This document shows positions 8,938 to 18,553 of a DNA stretch of 64,000 nucleotides, piece after piece (the stretch's first letter is position 1; every line of letters starts with the position of its first letter). The stretch comes from a virus: IMG/VR virus record IMGVR_UViG_3300045988_144650, one strand, 5' to 3'. Under the pieces are notes generated by a model. That model did no database searches and was not told where the DNA came from. It saw only the letters and a list, made by a program, of their open reading frames with translations. The position numbers and the translations under genes were made by a program.

Positions 8938-10080
8938 TTATCTCCTTTGCAGCTTCTTCACTGAATCTGCGATGACATGAGCTGCCTCGCAAATCTCCTC
9001 GTTCGTTGTAAACACAGAAAATGAAACACGGATTGAACTTCTCGCCTCATCGTCTGACAAACCAATCGCAGTCAACACATGGCTTGGAACTGCAGAATGG
9101 GCAGAACAGGCAGAGCCGGCAGATACAAAAATTCCTTTATTGTTGAGTAGAAGGAGCAAAGTTTCCCCATCCACTCCATCAAAGAAAAGATTGACTGTTT
9201 TTGAACCATCATGGGGGCAACCGTTAATCTGAACCTCACCCAGTTCTTTGGTGAGTTCACTCAAGAAAAGCTTACGCTTGTCTGCATTCTTCTGTTTGCT
9301 TGTAGGATCTTCGAATGCGGCCTCGGCAGCTTCTCCCATGCCGACAATAGACGGAACATTTTCCGTTCCAGACCGAAGCGTCTGCTCCTGACCTCCGCCA
9401 AGAATGATTGGTCGAAGAAGTTCTTTGTGTTTTGCGTATAAAAAACCCACGCCCTTTGGAGCGTGGAACTTATGACCGGAGACTGAAAGAAAATCGATAT
9501 GATCCCTTTCCACATCAATATCCATATTGCCATATGCCTGGACACAATCTGTATGGAAGAAGATGCCATACTTCTTACACTTTGCTCCGATCCTCTGGAT
9601 GTCATAGGAATTTCCCGTTTCATTGTTGACTGCCATCACGGACACAAGACCGGTATTTTTCCTAATCTTCCTGGTGAGTTCGGCAGTATCCAATTCACCG
9701 TCTTTACCCATAGCCAAATACTCGACTTCAAAACCACTATAAAACAGGTATTTCATAGCCTCCAAAACGGAAGGATGCTCTACCGGAGTGGTAATCACAT
9801 GAGTCTTGCCAATGGAAATAAGGTGTTTTGCCAAACCCACGATTGCCAGTGTGTTTGCTTCTGACCCACCAGAAGTGAAGATAATATCTTCTGGGTCAGC
9901 ATTGATTGGCCTTGCACACTGTTCCCTTGCTTTCTGCATTGCTTTTGCCGCATCTGCTCCCATCGTGTGAATACTTCCTGCATTACCATACATTTCTGTG
10001 AAGTACGGAAGCATAGCATTTACCACTCGCTGAGAGACCTGTGTGGTTGCGGCATTATCCAAATAGATCATGGGAACCAC
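8938..10080 (-). CDS. Cysteine desulfurase (NifS/IscS-like class V aminotransferase).
   Basis: N-terminal YLDNAATT, the PLP lysine motif SGHKF and an active-site Cys in SAGSACS. Confidence 0.85.
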   Translation of the reverse strand: MVPMIYLDNAATTQVSQRVVNAMLPYFTEMYGNAGSIHTMGADAAKAMQKAREQCARPINADPEDIIFTSGGSEANTLAIVGLAKHLISIGKTHVITTPVEHPSVLEAMKYLFYSGFEVEYLAMGKDGELDTAELTRKIRKNTGLVSVMAVNNETGNSYDIQRIGAKCKKYGIFFHTDCVQAYGNMDIDVERDHIDFLSVSGHKFHAPKGVGFLYAKHKELLRPIILGGGQEQTLRSGTENVPSIVGMGEAAEAAFEDPTSKQKNADKRKLFLSELTKELGEVQINGCPHDGSKTVNLFFDGVDGETLLLLLNNKGIFVSAGSACSAHSAVPSHVLTAIGLSDDEARSSIRVSFSVFTTNEEICEAAHVIADSVKKLQRR

Positions 10081-10086
10081 CTCCCA

Positions 10087-10575
10087 TCAATGGTTATCGT
10101 TATCGGTGTGCAGCGTTACGCCAGCACCGAAGATAAATTCCTTGATGTCAGTGTCGTACTCACGCAGGAAATCATCCAGAGTGCGATAATCTTCGCGACT
10201 CTGATGGTCAATATAACCATCTGAAGGATCGAGCCAAAGCCCCTTGCAGTTTGCATACTCTGCAACGACCTCATTGATACGGTCAAAATCACGCGTTTCA
10301 ATGAAGTTCTTAATATCCTCTTCGTTGGTTACATCATCATAGCACGACTCGTTACAGCCATTCAGGCAACGAGCCATTGTCAGCAGATAGCTCAATCTGG
10401 TTTCCTGATCGGTGTAGTCCCAGACCTCCCAACCAAACTCGCCAAACTCTGCATGGACATATCCGTCCTCGCTGACATACAAATAATTGGTGGACAACCC
10501 CTTACTATGGTCAACGGTCACAGAATGGGTGCTACTGGAGTTCGTTTCAAAAACTCCTCTGCGAATTTGCTTCAT
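10087..10575 (-). CDS. Member 1 of a three-paralog family with the invariant N-terminus MKQIRRGVFETNSSSTHS. Function unknown.
   Basis: The first 18 aa are near-identical to those of ORFs 25190-25486 and 26868-27380. The remainder diverges. Confidence 0.5.
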   Translation of the reverse strand: MKQIRRGVFETNSSSTHSVTVDHSKGLSTNYLYVSEDGYVHAEFGEFGWEVWDYTDQETRLSYLLTMARCLNGCNESCYDDVTNEEDIKNFIETRDFDRINEVVAEYANCKGLWLDPSDGYIDHQSREDYRTLDDFLREYDTDIKEFIFGAGVTLHTDNDNH

Positions 10576-10829
10576 TACTTTTCAGCCTCCTTTGCATCAA
10601 GCTGTGCGGCAAGATCCAAGGCGCGATACTTCCAGGCATCTGCATCGGTGACTACACAGTCTTCTCCGACTGCCAAGCCAACGATTGCTTCATCCTGGTA
10701 ATGGTTGTCCTTGAAAAACGAAACCCTCAGCTTCATAGGCTCCTGAGTGTCATCGTAGTCTACAACAATGTTGTCGCATCCTGCAGCCTTGTTCGGATCA
10801 ATGGTCAATTCTCCAATTCGTCTGTACAT
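10575..10829 (-). CDS. Hypothetical protein.
   Basis: 84-aa ORF. Confidence 0.35.
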   Translation of the reverse strand: MYRRIGELTIDPNKAAGCDNIVVDYDDTQEPMKLRVSFFKDNHYQDEAIVGLAVGEDCVVTDADAWKYRALDLAAQLDAKEAEK

Positions 10830-11296
10830 TCTTTGTAATACTCCTCTATCGGCATAGATTCATAATATCCGGTGGTCTCACCGTTCTTACCTCTGGGAAC
10901 GCAGTCATCACAGAACGGGCAGATCCAGTCTAAGGTGATACGGGTGGCAGGCTTACCGCAGCGAATACAGGTATAAGCGGAAAGATTTTCGTACTTGGGA
11001 ATAATCTCCCGCAGCATTTTCTCAGTACAGCCGTGGTCATACCATCGTAGAGATCCAAACTTCTCTTTGATCTGAGTAATGCGGTACTTATCAAGATACC
11101 CGATCTTGACCAGTTCCTGCCGGATTTCCTCACACATCTGCTCACCAAAGGCGATACGCCAACCGTCAGGCATAGCGTCGAGTTCTGTGTAGGAATAGTC
11201 GTAATCTTCGGGAACCTTATCCGTCCACCTATTGTGCGGCAGAAGAAACGGATACCTCTCAATGAGTTTCTTGTTCTGTTCCTTTGTCATATCCAT
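10805..11296 (-). CDS. Hypothetical protein with a zinc ribbon.
   Basis: CIRCGKP...CPFCDDC Cys pairs. Confidence 0.4.
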   Translation of the reverse strand: MDMTKEQNKKLIERYPFLLPHNRWTDKVPEDYDYSYTELDAMPDGWRIAFGEQMCEEIRQELVKIGYLDKYRITQIKEKFGSLRWYDHGCTEKMLREIIPKYENLSAYTCIRCGKPATRITLDWICPFCDDCVPRGKNGETTGYYESMPIEEYYKECTDELEN

Positions 11297-11311
11297 CGTT
11301 TATCACCTCCG

Positions 11312-11803
11312 TTAATACAGCGTCCACCAGTAGTCGAAGCATTTTCTATACTGGTTTCCGCGATAGACTTCTTTGCTTCTGCGAACGATCTTGTTGGAGT
11401 AACGCTTCCAATACCTCTGAGCGTTAGAGTTTTTGGGGTATTTGATGTACTTGCCAACAGGCTGCCATTTGCCGTCCACCCAGTCCCAATCTACATACCC
11501 CGCCATAGGGTTGTATCCACAGTGGTTGATGATCCACATCAGATCATCTCTATGTTTGATTGCCATTGCACGGCGGTACTCCATGCCAGTTTTGCGCTTA
11601 CCCTTTTTCCTTTTGCGGGGTTTGCCCACATACGCATCTTCGCAGCAACCGCTGATAAAGAACTCTGTTTGAACCTTATCGCAGCCGCAATATTCAAACT
11701 GGGGATCATAGCCACCTTCTTTAGCGGCACGAAGACGGTGTTCAACACCTTCGCTGATCGGACATTCGTCACAGGCAAAATAACAGTTGCCAACATCGAT
11801 CAT
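11312..11803 (-). CDS. Cys-rich hypothetical protein.
   Basis: Multiple CxxC-like pairs and a basic KRKKGKRK stretch. Confidence 0.4.
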   Translation of the reverse strand: MIDVGNCYFACDECPISEGVEHRLRAAKEGGYDPQFEYCGCDKVQTEFFISGCCEDAYVGKPRKRKKGKRKTGMEYRRAMAIKHRDDLMWIINHCGYNPMAGYVDWDWVDGKWQPVGKYIKYPKNSNAQRYWKRYSNKIVRRSKEVYRGNQYRKCFDYWWTLY

Positions 11804-11824
11804 TGGAGCACCTCCTTTTTGGGT

Positions 11825-12343
11825 TTACACTACGATTCCGGGGTCGTGATCGCAAGCATCTCTGCACGACCATTCTCTTTCGTTGCCAAAACTCATCACA
11901 CACTTGTAATGCTCTGACGCCAGATTATCAATGAGACAGTCGTTGCTCAGAACTGCAGCTTTGCTCGTTCCTCTTTCCTCAAAATATGTATCATCCTGGT
12001 TGGTGAGATAGGAAATAATATCATGTTCCGCTTCATCTCTCGAAAAGCCGAAACCCTTTCCGTAGAACTCACGAAGAGAACTGATGCGCTCCAGAACATA
12101 GGTCGTATTTGCCGTTTCAATGGAAAGAATTTTGCCGCCATCGGATTCACACCAGTCAACAACCGTTGAAGTGTGAAGGCGATGGAATCTTCCCATATCG
12201 TATTCTGGTTCAAACTTGATAAAACCGCGCTGACCCTTTTCAAGGGCAATGATATAACAGCGGCGACCAAGAACATCGTAATGAATTTCTTTCATCACAC
12301 CATCCTTGGGCTTTACCTCTTTGAAAATATAATCGTTACACAT
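11825..12343 (-). CDS. Hypothetical protein.
   Basis: 172-aa ORF. Confidence 0.4.
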   Translation of the reverse strand: MCNDYIFKEVKPKDGVMKEIHYDVLGRRCYIIALEKGQRGFIKFEPEYDMGRFHRLHTSTVVDWCESDGGKILSIETANTTYVLERISSLREFYGKGFGFSRDEAEHDIISYLTNQDDTYFEERGTSKAAVLSNDCLIDNLASEHYKCVMSFGNEREWSCRDACDHDPGIVV

Positions 12344-12355
12344 CTGGGCACCTCC

Positions 12356-12796
12356 TTAGCCGCATCCAACCACATACAGATCATTGTTGATAATCTTCTT
12401 GATCTCCTCTTCGGTCATATCAGTAATCTTCTGCACTGCTTTGATGATACGGTCAATGACCTCCTGCTCACTCTGAGGTTCGTTGCTGGTATGGTGCCAC
12501 GGCATGGAAGGCGGGTAGTAAAAATATGCACCGCCGTCTCCATCGTCACCAAAGGTGAGGGAATCTGTCTCGTCACAATGACACAGGACATCGGCAAGAC
12601 TTTCAAAACCGTTGCCGTAGTAATATTCTTCGATGTCAAAAGAAGAATAGTCATTGGCGGCGATCATATCTGCCAGATCGGACTCCTCAGGGAGCTGTTC
12701 AAGAAAAAACCGAACAGCCTTTTCTTTGTTGATATGCGGCGCCACATCGTCTGCGTTGAGACCAACGCCCTCAATCATCCAATAACTCATGCTCAT
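12356..12796 (-). CDS. Hypothetical acidic protein.
   Basis: 146-aa ORF. Confidence 0.4.
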   Translation of the reverse strand: MSMSYWMIEGVGLNADDVAPHINKEKAVRFFLEQLPEESDLADMIAANDYSSFDIEEYYYGNGFESLADVLCHCDETDSLTFGDDGDGGAYFYYPPSMPWHHTSNEPQSEQEVIDRIIKAVQKITDMTEEEIKKIINNDLYVVGCG

Positions 12797-12811
12797 TTTG
12801 AAAGCCCTCCT

Positions 12812-13414
12812 TTAGTGTTCATTGAAGACTACCTGTTCACCTTTCTTCAAAGTCCAGCAACCGCCGCTGACAGATGCACACTCAGTACAGTTGCCAGCAC
12901 ATTCCACCGCACCATCTCTGGCAGTTGTGGAACCATCGCGATAGCGCACATGAGCTTCGGGTAAAGAAAAAGGGTTGATCATTTCAAGACCAACCCATCC
13001 GCTGAACACGATATGCAGATTTTTAGGAAGCTCGCCGTGAGCCACTATGTATTCGTTTACGATCTCAAACTTCTTGGTAAAGCAGAGAATGTCGCAATGT
13101 TTCTGGCGTATTGCTACCTCAACCATTTTATCGAAGTAGTCCTTATTCGGAATGTCGCCGGATACATGAAAGCGGAAGTATCGTGACAACATGATCGTTG
13201 CCTCAACCTCCCGCCAATAAATATCAGGTGCCTCAATCAGCACCTGAAGATTGTTTTTATATGCTTGTGCTACTGTCCTTCGGATCTTTTCCAGCTTTCT
13301 GGCGTAACATTTCTGCTGACAGTCACAGGCTCTGCAGGTCACTACAGCCGGGAGCGATACGCTCTGAATCGCACCCATCTTAGAGTTGCCCTTACTGATG
13401 CTTACTACTCCCAT
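12812..13414 (-). CDS. Cys-rich hypothetical protein.
   Basis: N-terminal SKGNSKMG...TCRACDCQQKCYA and C-terminal CAGNCTECAS Cys clusters. Confidence 0.4.
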   Translation of the reverse strand: MGVVSISKGNSKMGAIQSVSLPAVVTCRACDCQQKCYARKLEKIRRTVAQAYKNNLQVLIEAPDIYWREVEATIMLSRYFRFHVSGDIPNKDYFDKMVEVAIRQKHCDILCFTKKFEIVNEYIVAHGELPKNLHIVFSGWVGLEMINPFSLPEAHVRYRDGSTTARDGAVECAGNCTECASVSGGCWTLKKGEQVVFNEH

Positions 13415-13668
13415 CTACTTCACCTCGCTTATCGTCAAGATGGAAATGCTTTTTGATAATCTCCATCATCTCGTCGTCTTCAATGTAAAAAGGGTCTTCT
13501 GTCAGTACATTCATAATCAACTGGCCGAATCTCCAATCTGGGCACTGGCCTTCCCAGATGTCGGCGAGCTGATTGCAAAACTTACGAATACGCTTAGGAT
13601 CTCTCACGGGGCTACCTCCTCTCAGGTGTAAAAAGCTTTGATATAAACCTATTAAAAGGTGCAAGTTA

Positions 13669-14529
13669 TCACAGCCACCGCTCAACATAGTCGCGGTCTT
13701 GTGTGAAAATCGGAGGCTCCTTGTCGATAATCCATTTGCGTCTGGAAACCGTGATGGTCTTACCGGGATTTTTCGGGTCAGGCATATTGGTTTCCTCAGC
13801 TTGCCTATAGCAGCAAGAACCTCTCTTGCAATCCACGGGGAAATCGTTCCAGTTGATACCATGTACCTGCCACAGCATCTCCTGAATCATGTTTGTGGTC
13901 TTCTTATGAAGCTGATTAGCGCTGAAATACGCTTGTCCAACAGCCTCAATACTGTTCCTGGTGGCATCCTGCTGTCGCCAAATCAAGCAGTTGCAAACTT
14001 CATCTTTGGGAACTGAGAATGCACGAGAATCAAAAAGAGCACCCTTATTCAGCGCCCTCTTCAAAGTTTCTGCGTATTTGTTCAGTTCCTTTTTGATCTC
14101 AGGATCTTCGCCATACATACCACTCAGTACATCTTCCCGATTAAAATAATCATCAATGTTCTGATAGAGCGCCTTGTTAAAAGCCAGGGTTGCCAGCGAT
14201 GCTGAGATGCTGCACATCTTCTGGAGGTTATATCCAAACCACGCATCGGTTGTGATGGTCGCGTAGTCCGTCAAAACCAAAGTGATTTCGTCAGACTGTG
14301 TGTAGCCAAATACACAACCCTGAATATTGGCGCAGAGACTTTGCATGGTCTGTTGCATGGTTTTCATCAAGATAGAATCAAAAGGCTTTTTCATGCCCTT
14401 TGTAAAGGTGTGAAACGCCTTGCCGTCAATGCGGATCACAACTGGGACTCTGCGTGTCAGATAGCTACGAGAAATATTTTCATAGCTCTCTTTCATACGG
14501 TCACCCAAAGAGTCCTTCTTATTGCTCAT
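13669..14529 (-). CDS. Thg1-like protein (tRNA-His guanylyltransferase / 3'-5' polymerase family).
   Basis: VVIRIDGKAFHTFTKGMKKPFD...YTQSDEITLVL matches the Thg1 catalytic core (RIDGRxFHxF...KPxD...QSDEIS). Confidence 0.7.
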   Translation of the reverse strand: MSNKKDSLGDRMKESYENISRSYLTRRVPVVIRIDGKAFHTFTKGMKKPFDSILMKTMQQTMQSLCANIQGCVFGYTQSDEITLVLTDYATITTDAWFGYNLQKMCSISASLATLAFNKALYQNIDDYFNREDVLSGMYGEDPEIKKELNKYAETLKRALNKGALFDSRAFSVPKDEVCNCLIWRQQDATRNSIEAVGQAYFSANQLHKKTTNMIQEMLWQVHGINWNDFPVDCKRGSCCYRQAEETNMPDPKNPGKTITVSRRKWIIDKEPPIFTQDRDYVERWL

Positions 14530-15871
14530 CGCTGCACCATCCTTTCATAATCAAATGTTTAATGATTGCGGGGCGCTCGTTTTCAAGGTTACCACTGATG
14601 ACAGCATCAAGAACCTCGTTTAGAATTCGCCCAACATCTTTACCCTCTTTTACATCGCAGAGGTTCATAATGTCATACCCGTCAATGACCAGATCCTTCA
14701 GCTTAAAACATTGGTTCTGCTCAATGATTTCGCTTGCCATCATGCCAAGAGCGACACATCTGTCAATGCGAGACTCTTGCGTATCTTTTCTGTGAGCCAG
14801 AATATCTGCCATGCGAATATCAAGTAGCCGCATGAACTGCTTTTCACCGACTTTATTGAGCCATCTACGAACTGTTTTGGGGGTAGGCTCAATAACTGCA
14901 TCGTGATACAGCACCAGTTCAAGAATGTCGTCTCGCGATTTGTTATCAAAACGAAGTCTTGTTAGGACTTTTTCTGCAAGGTCATGGCTGAAAACCCCGT
15001 GACCGTAGAAGTGCCCACCATTGTGATCTTCTGTATAACAGCATGGTTTACCAATGTCGTGAAGCAGAAGTGATACATTTACCACCGGATCTGTGGCGTC
15101 GTAGTTTGCAACCGCATGAGCAATATGATCGTAAATCGTAAACTCATGGAATCTGTTGTTCTGGTCAAACCCAATGCAAGGCTTAAGTTCGGGGATAATC
15201 GTTGCCATCACATCGCTATATTCGAGCAGGATATTAAGAATACCCTTGCCGGCCAGCATCTTGCATAGTTCTGACTGGATGCGCTCTGCAGCAATGTTCA
15301 TCAACCTATCTTTGTTTTGGTGGATGGATCTTGCTGTTTCTTCAGCAATAGAAAAACCATAGACAGATGCAAATCGCATTGCTCTGAGGATACGCAGCGC
15401 ATCCTCTCCAAACCTATCGTCTGGATTTCCAACACAAGAAATCATGCCGCGTTCCAAATCTTCTTTGCCACCAAAAGGATCAATCAGGCCATTGTGGTTG
15501 TATGCCATTGCGTTAATGGTGAAGTCTCTGCGAGCCAGATCTTCGACCACATCCGTTACGAATCTTACGGTATCGGGGTGGCGGTTGTCTGAGTATTCAC
15601 CATCCACTCGGAATGTAGTGACCTCATACTGTCCATCGTCCATTACAATGGTTACAGTGCCGTGCTTCAGCCCTGTTTCGATCACACGCTTGTCACAAAA
15701 ACTGTATAGAATTTGTGACGGAGAAGCAGATGTACACACATCCCAATCCTTAGGCTCGACGCCAAGCAGACTGTCTCTTACACAGCCACCAACCACATAT
15801 GCGTCATATCCTGCCTGCTGTAGAGTATGGATAATAACTTGGGCGCCATGAGGAATATTGATATTACTCAT
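14519..15871 (-). CDS. cca: CCA-adding enzyme (class II tRNA nucleotidyltransferase with HD domain).
   Basis: GGCVRDSLLG...DWD head motif, RDFTINAMA, RILRAMRF and a downstream HD motif LLLHDIGK. Confidence 0.85.
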   Translation of the reverse strand: MSNINIPHGAQVIIHTLQQAGYDAYVVGGCVRDSLLGVEPKDWDVCTSASPSQILYSFCDKRVIETGLKHGTVTIVMDDGQYEVTTFRVDGEYSDNRHPDTVRFVTDVVEDLARRDFTINAMAYNHNGLIDPFGGKEDLERGMISCVGNPDDRFGEDALRILRAMRFASVYGFSIAEETARSIHQNKDRLMNIAAERIQSELCKMLAGKGILNILLEYSDVMATIIPELKPCIGFDQNNRFHEFTIYDHIAHAVANYDATDPVVNVSLLLHDIGKPCCYTEDHNGGHFYGHGVFSHDLAEKVLTRLRFDNKSRDDILELVLYHDAVIEPTPKTVRRWLNKVGEKQFMRLLDIRMADILAHRKDTQESRIDRCVALGMMASEIIEQNQCFKLKDLVIDGYDIMNLCDVKEGKDVGRILNEVLDAVISGNLENERPAIIKHLIMKGWCSDEQ

Positions 15872-16886
15872 TGATCGCCCTCCTGTTCACTTCCACCACG
15901 AACTCTTCAACGCGCTTCATATTAGGTGTTACCGGCAGGTCAGTGTTTTCCTTGGCGTACTTCAAACGCTTCTCGTAGTCGTTCACCAAGTCAAAGAATT
16001 CCTGTCTATATGAACCGTCTTCTCTCTGGAATTTGCCATTACGAATACTCAGTAAAAACTCCCGATCTCCGTAACGGTAGGTGTTGATCTCACCCTTTTC
16101 CAGAATGTCAAGGCACATCATGTACAGACGGATCAGGTGCATGGCGTGCTTGTTGAGATGGTTGTCGTCCTTTTTACGATTTCGATGATTCAGCTTTTCA
16201 TAGTTGCCAATGACATTGGAAAGCGTATTTATCATCACGCTGAAATCTCTTGCGGGGAATTTGTCGATGTGAATGTTGCAAAAGACCTCTCGATCCAAAT
16301 CATCGCGTGGACTTTCATCTGTGAACAGGGTAATGCCGCCACTATCCATCACAGAATAGCGGTCTGCAAAAGCCTTGAAAGAACGCTCCATTGCGCTTCG
16401 AATGTGTTCTTCGGTATCCGCCTGACACATTTTGTCTCTTGCCAGAGCATTCTGCAAACGGCGTAGTTGCTGCGTTGCATACCCGCCAAAAGAATTAACT
16501 GCTTTCTGAGAAAGGAAGAGATCGCGGTTGTCAATCATCATCTGTCCAGCGTCAGAGATGTAAAAATAATGCTCTGGCTTGCAGCCGAGCATCTCAATGG
16601 TGTTAGGGTTGCAGTTAAGCAAAAGACCAATCAGTTTATTAAACCCGTAGATCGTGGTATCAGTCTGCGTGTGTACGACCTGCTCAAAATTCGTGAGGCC
16701 GAGGATATCGCTTTTGCTGTTCATCGCACACCCTCGAATATCAACATCTGAGGTTTCGATGTTCGTGCCGTAGGCGTAACTACCGCCCAGCGTCAGAAAC
16801 ATGATGCGACCTTTGAGATGTGGGTTGGTTCGCAGAAAATCATATTCTTCGCTTGCCATCATCTCTTTGATTTGTTCAATCGTCAT
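15864..16886 (-). CDS. Pol-beta superfamily nucleotidyltransferase, RNA-repair-associated type.
   Basis: GGSYAYGTNIETSDVDIRG is the GS...D.D nucleotidyltransferase signature. The gene is co-operonic with the CCA enzyme and the Thg1-like gene. Confidence 0.55.
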   Translation of the reverse strand: MTIEQIKEMMASEEYDFLRTNPHLKGRIMFLTLGGSYAYGTNIETSDVDIRGCAMNSKSDILGLTNFEQVVHTQTDTTIYGFNKLIGLLLNCNPNTIEMLGCKPEHYFYISDAGQMMIDNRDLFLSQKAVNSFGGYATQQLRRLQNALARDKMCQADTEEHIRSAMERSFKAFADRYSVMDSGGITLFTDESPRDDLDREVFCNIHIDKFPARDFSVMINTLSNVIGNYEKLNHRNRKKDDNHLNKHAMHLIRLYMMCLDILEKGEINTYRYGDREFLLSIRNGKFQREDGSYRQEFFDLVNDYEKRLKYAKENTDLPVTPNMKRVEEFVVEVNRRAINE

Positions 16887-17422
16887 ACGCTCCTCCTTCC
16901 TTGGTATGTTTCGTATAATGCTCTCTGCGGCGCATACTCACCAAAGAGTTCAATCTCTTTTGAGAGCCTTGCCTTGACAGCATCTTCTTTGAATTTGTAT
17001 CTCCCTATGTAAACGCGCTTGCCGTTGTATGAGATATTAGCAAGCCACATTCCGCGTTCCTTATCGTAGAAAACGCCCGTCACGCCGGAAGTGTTGGTGG
17101 AATAAAGACCACGGTTGCGGTCGTTCTCTGTAAACGCACAGCGTCTCAGATTGCGCTTGCGGTTATCTTTTCTATTCTTGTCGATATGGTCAACTATCTC
17201 TCCGGGCTTAGCGTGCATCACAATCCTGTGGAATCTGGAGACCTGATATCGACCGAAATAGTAATAGCCGCATACGAGGTATCCATCCTTATCGGGATAC
17301 CAGTTGCGGCTTTGGATCATATGTAGATCTTCAAGATCAAACAGATATTCAGATGCCCCAATGTGAAGAATGCCATGAGTTGGAAGAAGCTCAATTCGCT
17401 TCTGGGCGGCTTTCATCTCCAC
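16883..17422 (-). CDS. HNH homing endonuclease with an AP2 DNA-binding domain.
   Basis: HNH motif in HRIVMHAKPGEIVDHIDKNRKDNRKRNLR. AP2-like segment SGVTGVFYDKERGMWLANISYNGKRVYIGRYKFKEDA. Confidence 0.7.
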   Translation of the reverse strand: MEMKAAQKRIELLPTHGILHIGASEYLFDLEDLHMIQSRNWYPDKDGYLVCGYYYFGRYQVSRFHRIVMHAKPGEIVDHIDKNRKDNRKRNLRRCAFTENDRNRGLYSTNTSGVTGVFYDKERGMWLANISYNGKRVYIGRYKFKEDAVKARLSKEIELFGEYAPQRALYETYQGRRSV

Positions 17423-17706
17423 TTACCGTCAAAACTCTCTCCGGTTGAGTAGCCATCCGCATCATAGTAGTTGACACGAACCCAGCCGTTTTCCTGCTCA
17501 GTTTTCAAAACCATGCCGGTTTTAGAAACAGACAGATACACGGTTTCGCCGTCGGAGTTTTCTCCTGTAAACATAGTATCGCTGTCAGCGTACTGCTGAA
17601 TAATTTCCTTTCGTCCTTCTACCGTATCAAAACGGCAGGACAACTCATTTGGGATCTTCATACTTATTGCCCTCCCTTGTATCCAGTGTGCCGTGCAACC
17701 ACTCAC
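17413..17706 (-). CDS. Hypothetical protein.
   Basis: 97-aa ORF. Confidence 0.3.
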   Translation of the reverse strand: MSGCTAHWIQGRAISMKIPNELSCRFDTVEGRKEIIQQYADSDTMFTGENSDGETVYLSVSKTGMVLKTEQENGWVRVNYYDADGYSTGESFDGKWR

Positions 17707-17926
17707 TATGCGTCCAGTACACTAAATAGTTTTCGTTTTCGTACTCAAACCTTACGACCTCTTCGTCAAGGCTATAATAATCTCCATCGAGAGAGATTAG
17801 CTTTTCACCGTCCCATTGACAATACCCAAAAAGAATGCCGTCTTCACACTCGTCAAACGGATCGTTGGTTCTTGCCATAATGGTTTCAACCGGTTTGCCT
17901 TTGGTGAGAATATCTCGGAGTTTCAT
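17645..17926 (-). CDS. Hypothetical protein.
   Basis: 93-aa ORF. Confidence 0.3.
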   Translation of the reverse strand: MKLRDILTKGKPVETIMARTNDPFDECEDGILFGYCQWDGEKLISLDGDYYSLDEEVVRFEYENENYLVYWTHSEWLHGTLDTREGNKYEDPK

Positions 17927-17950
17927 GGTTAATCCACCTCAATATTGACA

Positions 17951-18535
17951 TCAGCAGATCCAATGAATAACCATATCTTCGCCATCGTCATTGGTACGAA
18001 CTCCCGACGGATGGCTGTCGATAAAGTCAATCAGATCTTCAATATCCGCAAACGGCACAGCATCCAGGTCGTACTTGCAGACCGCAAGATCTTCGAGCTG
18101 AAGATCTTCTTCGTCGCAATATTCCTCAAAATATTCTTCGGGCATATCAAACCACGCGACATCAAACTTGAAAGTTCCAGACCCAAGGTCGATGGTAACA
18201 CGACCTTCTTCCCACTTTCTGGTCTCCTCTTTTCCGTTTTCGGTTACTGAGATCAAACCATTGTTGCGATTAGTACAGTCCTTGAATTCAAAGCTGCCGA
18301 ATTTTTCCGGCTGTTTCTGAATTTCAGCTCGTTCAGTCTCGTTGACACCACCACCGGTTGCCTCCAGAAGCTCAATCGCCATCTTCAAACCAACGATTGC
18401 CTCAGAATCGTAGTAGGAATCAATGATATGCTTAGTAAGATTAAGAGCGGAACCCGTATAGGCAGACCAGTGATAGTAACAGTTTGCCAACGAGGTTTCG
18501 CCGTTTACGATCTCAATATTCAATCTCTGACCCAT
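17951..18535 (-). CDS. Hypothetical protein.
   Basis: 194-aa ORF. Confidence 0.4.
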   Translation of the reverse strand: MGQRLNIEIVNGETSLANCYYHWSAYTGSALNLTKHIIDSYYDSEAIVGLKMAIELLEATGGGVNETERAEIQKQPEKFGSFEFKDCTNRNNGLISVTENGKEETRKWEEGRVTIDLGSGTFKFDVAWFDMPEEYFEEYCDEEDLQLEDLAVCKYDLDAVPFADIEDLIDFIDSHPSGVRTNDDGEDMVIHWIC

Positions 18536-18553
18536 AGGGCACCCTCCTATCTT

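Noticed and set aside
13392-13862. 156-aa ORF overlapping the Thg1-like gene by about 190 nt.
   Set aside because: It is probably over-extended at the N-terminus. Any real gene here would start at an internal Met. This was not resolved, so it is not called separately.
15864-16886. cGAS/DncV-like CD-NTase (CBASS) interpretation of the GS..SDVD nucleotidyltransferase.
   Set aside because: The motif is shared by many pol-beta NTases. No effector or Cap genes are adjacent, and the E1/JAB pair is 22 kb away. An RNA-repair operon partner (CCA, Thg1-like) is the simpler reading.
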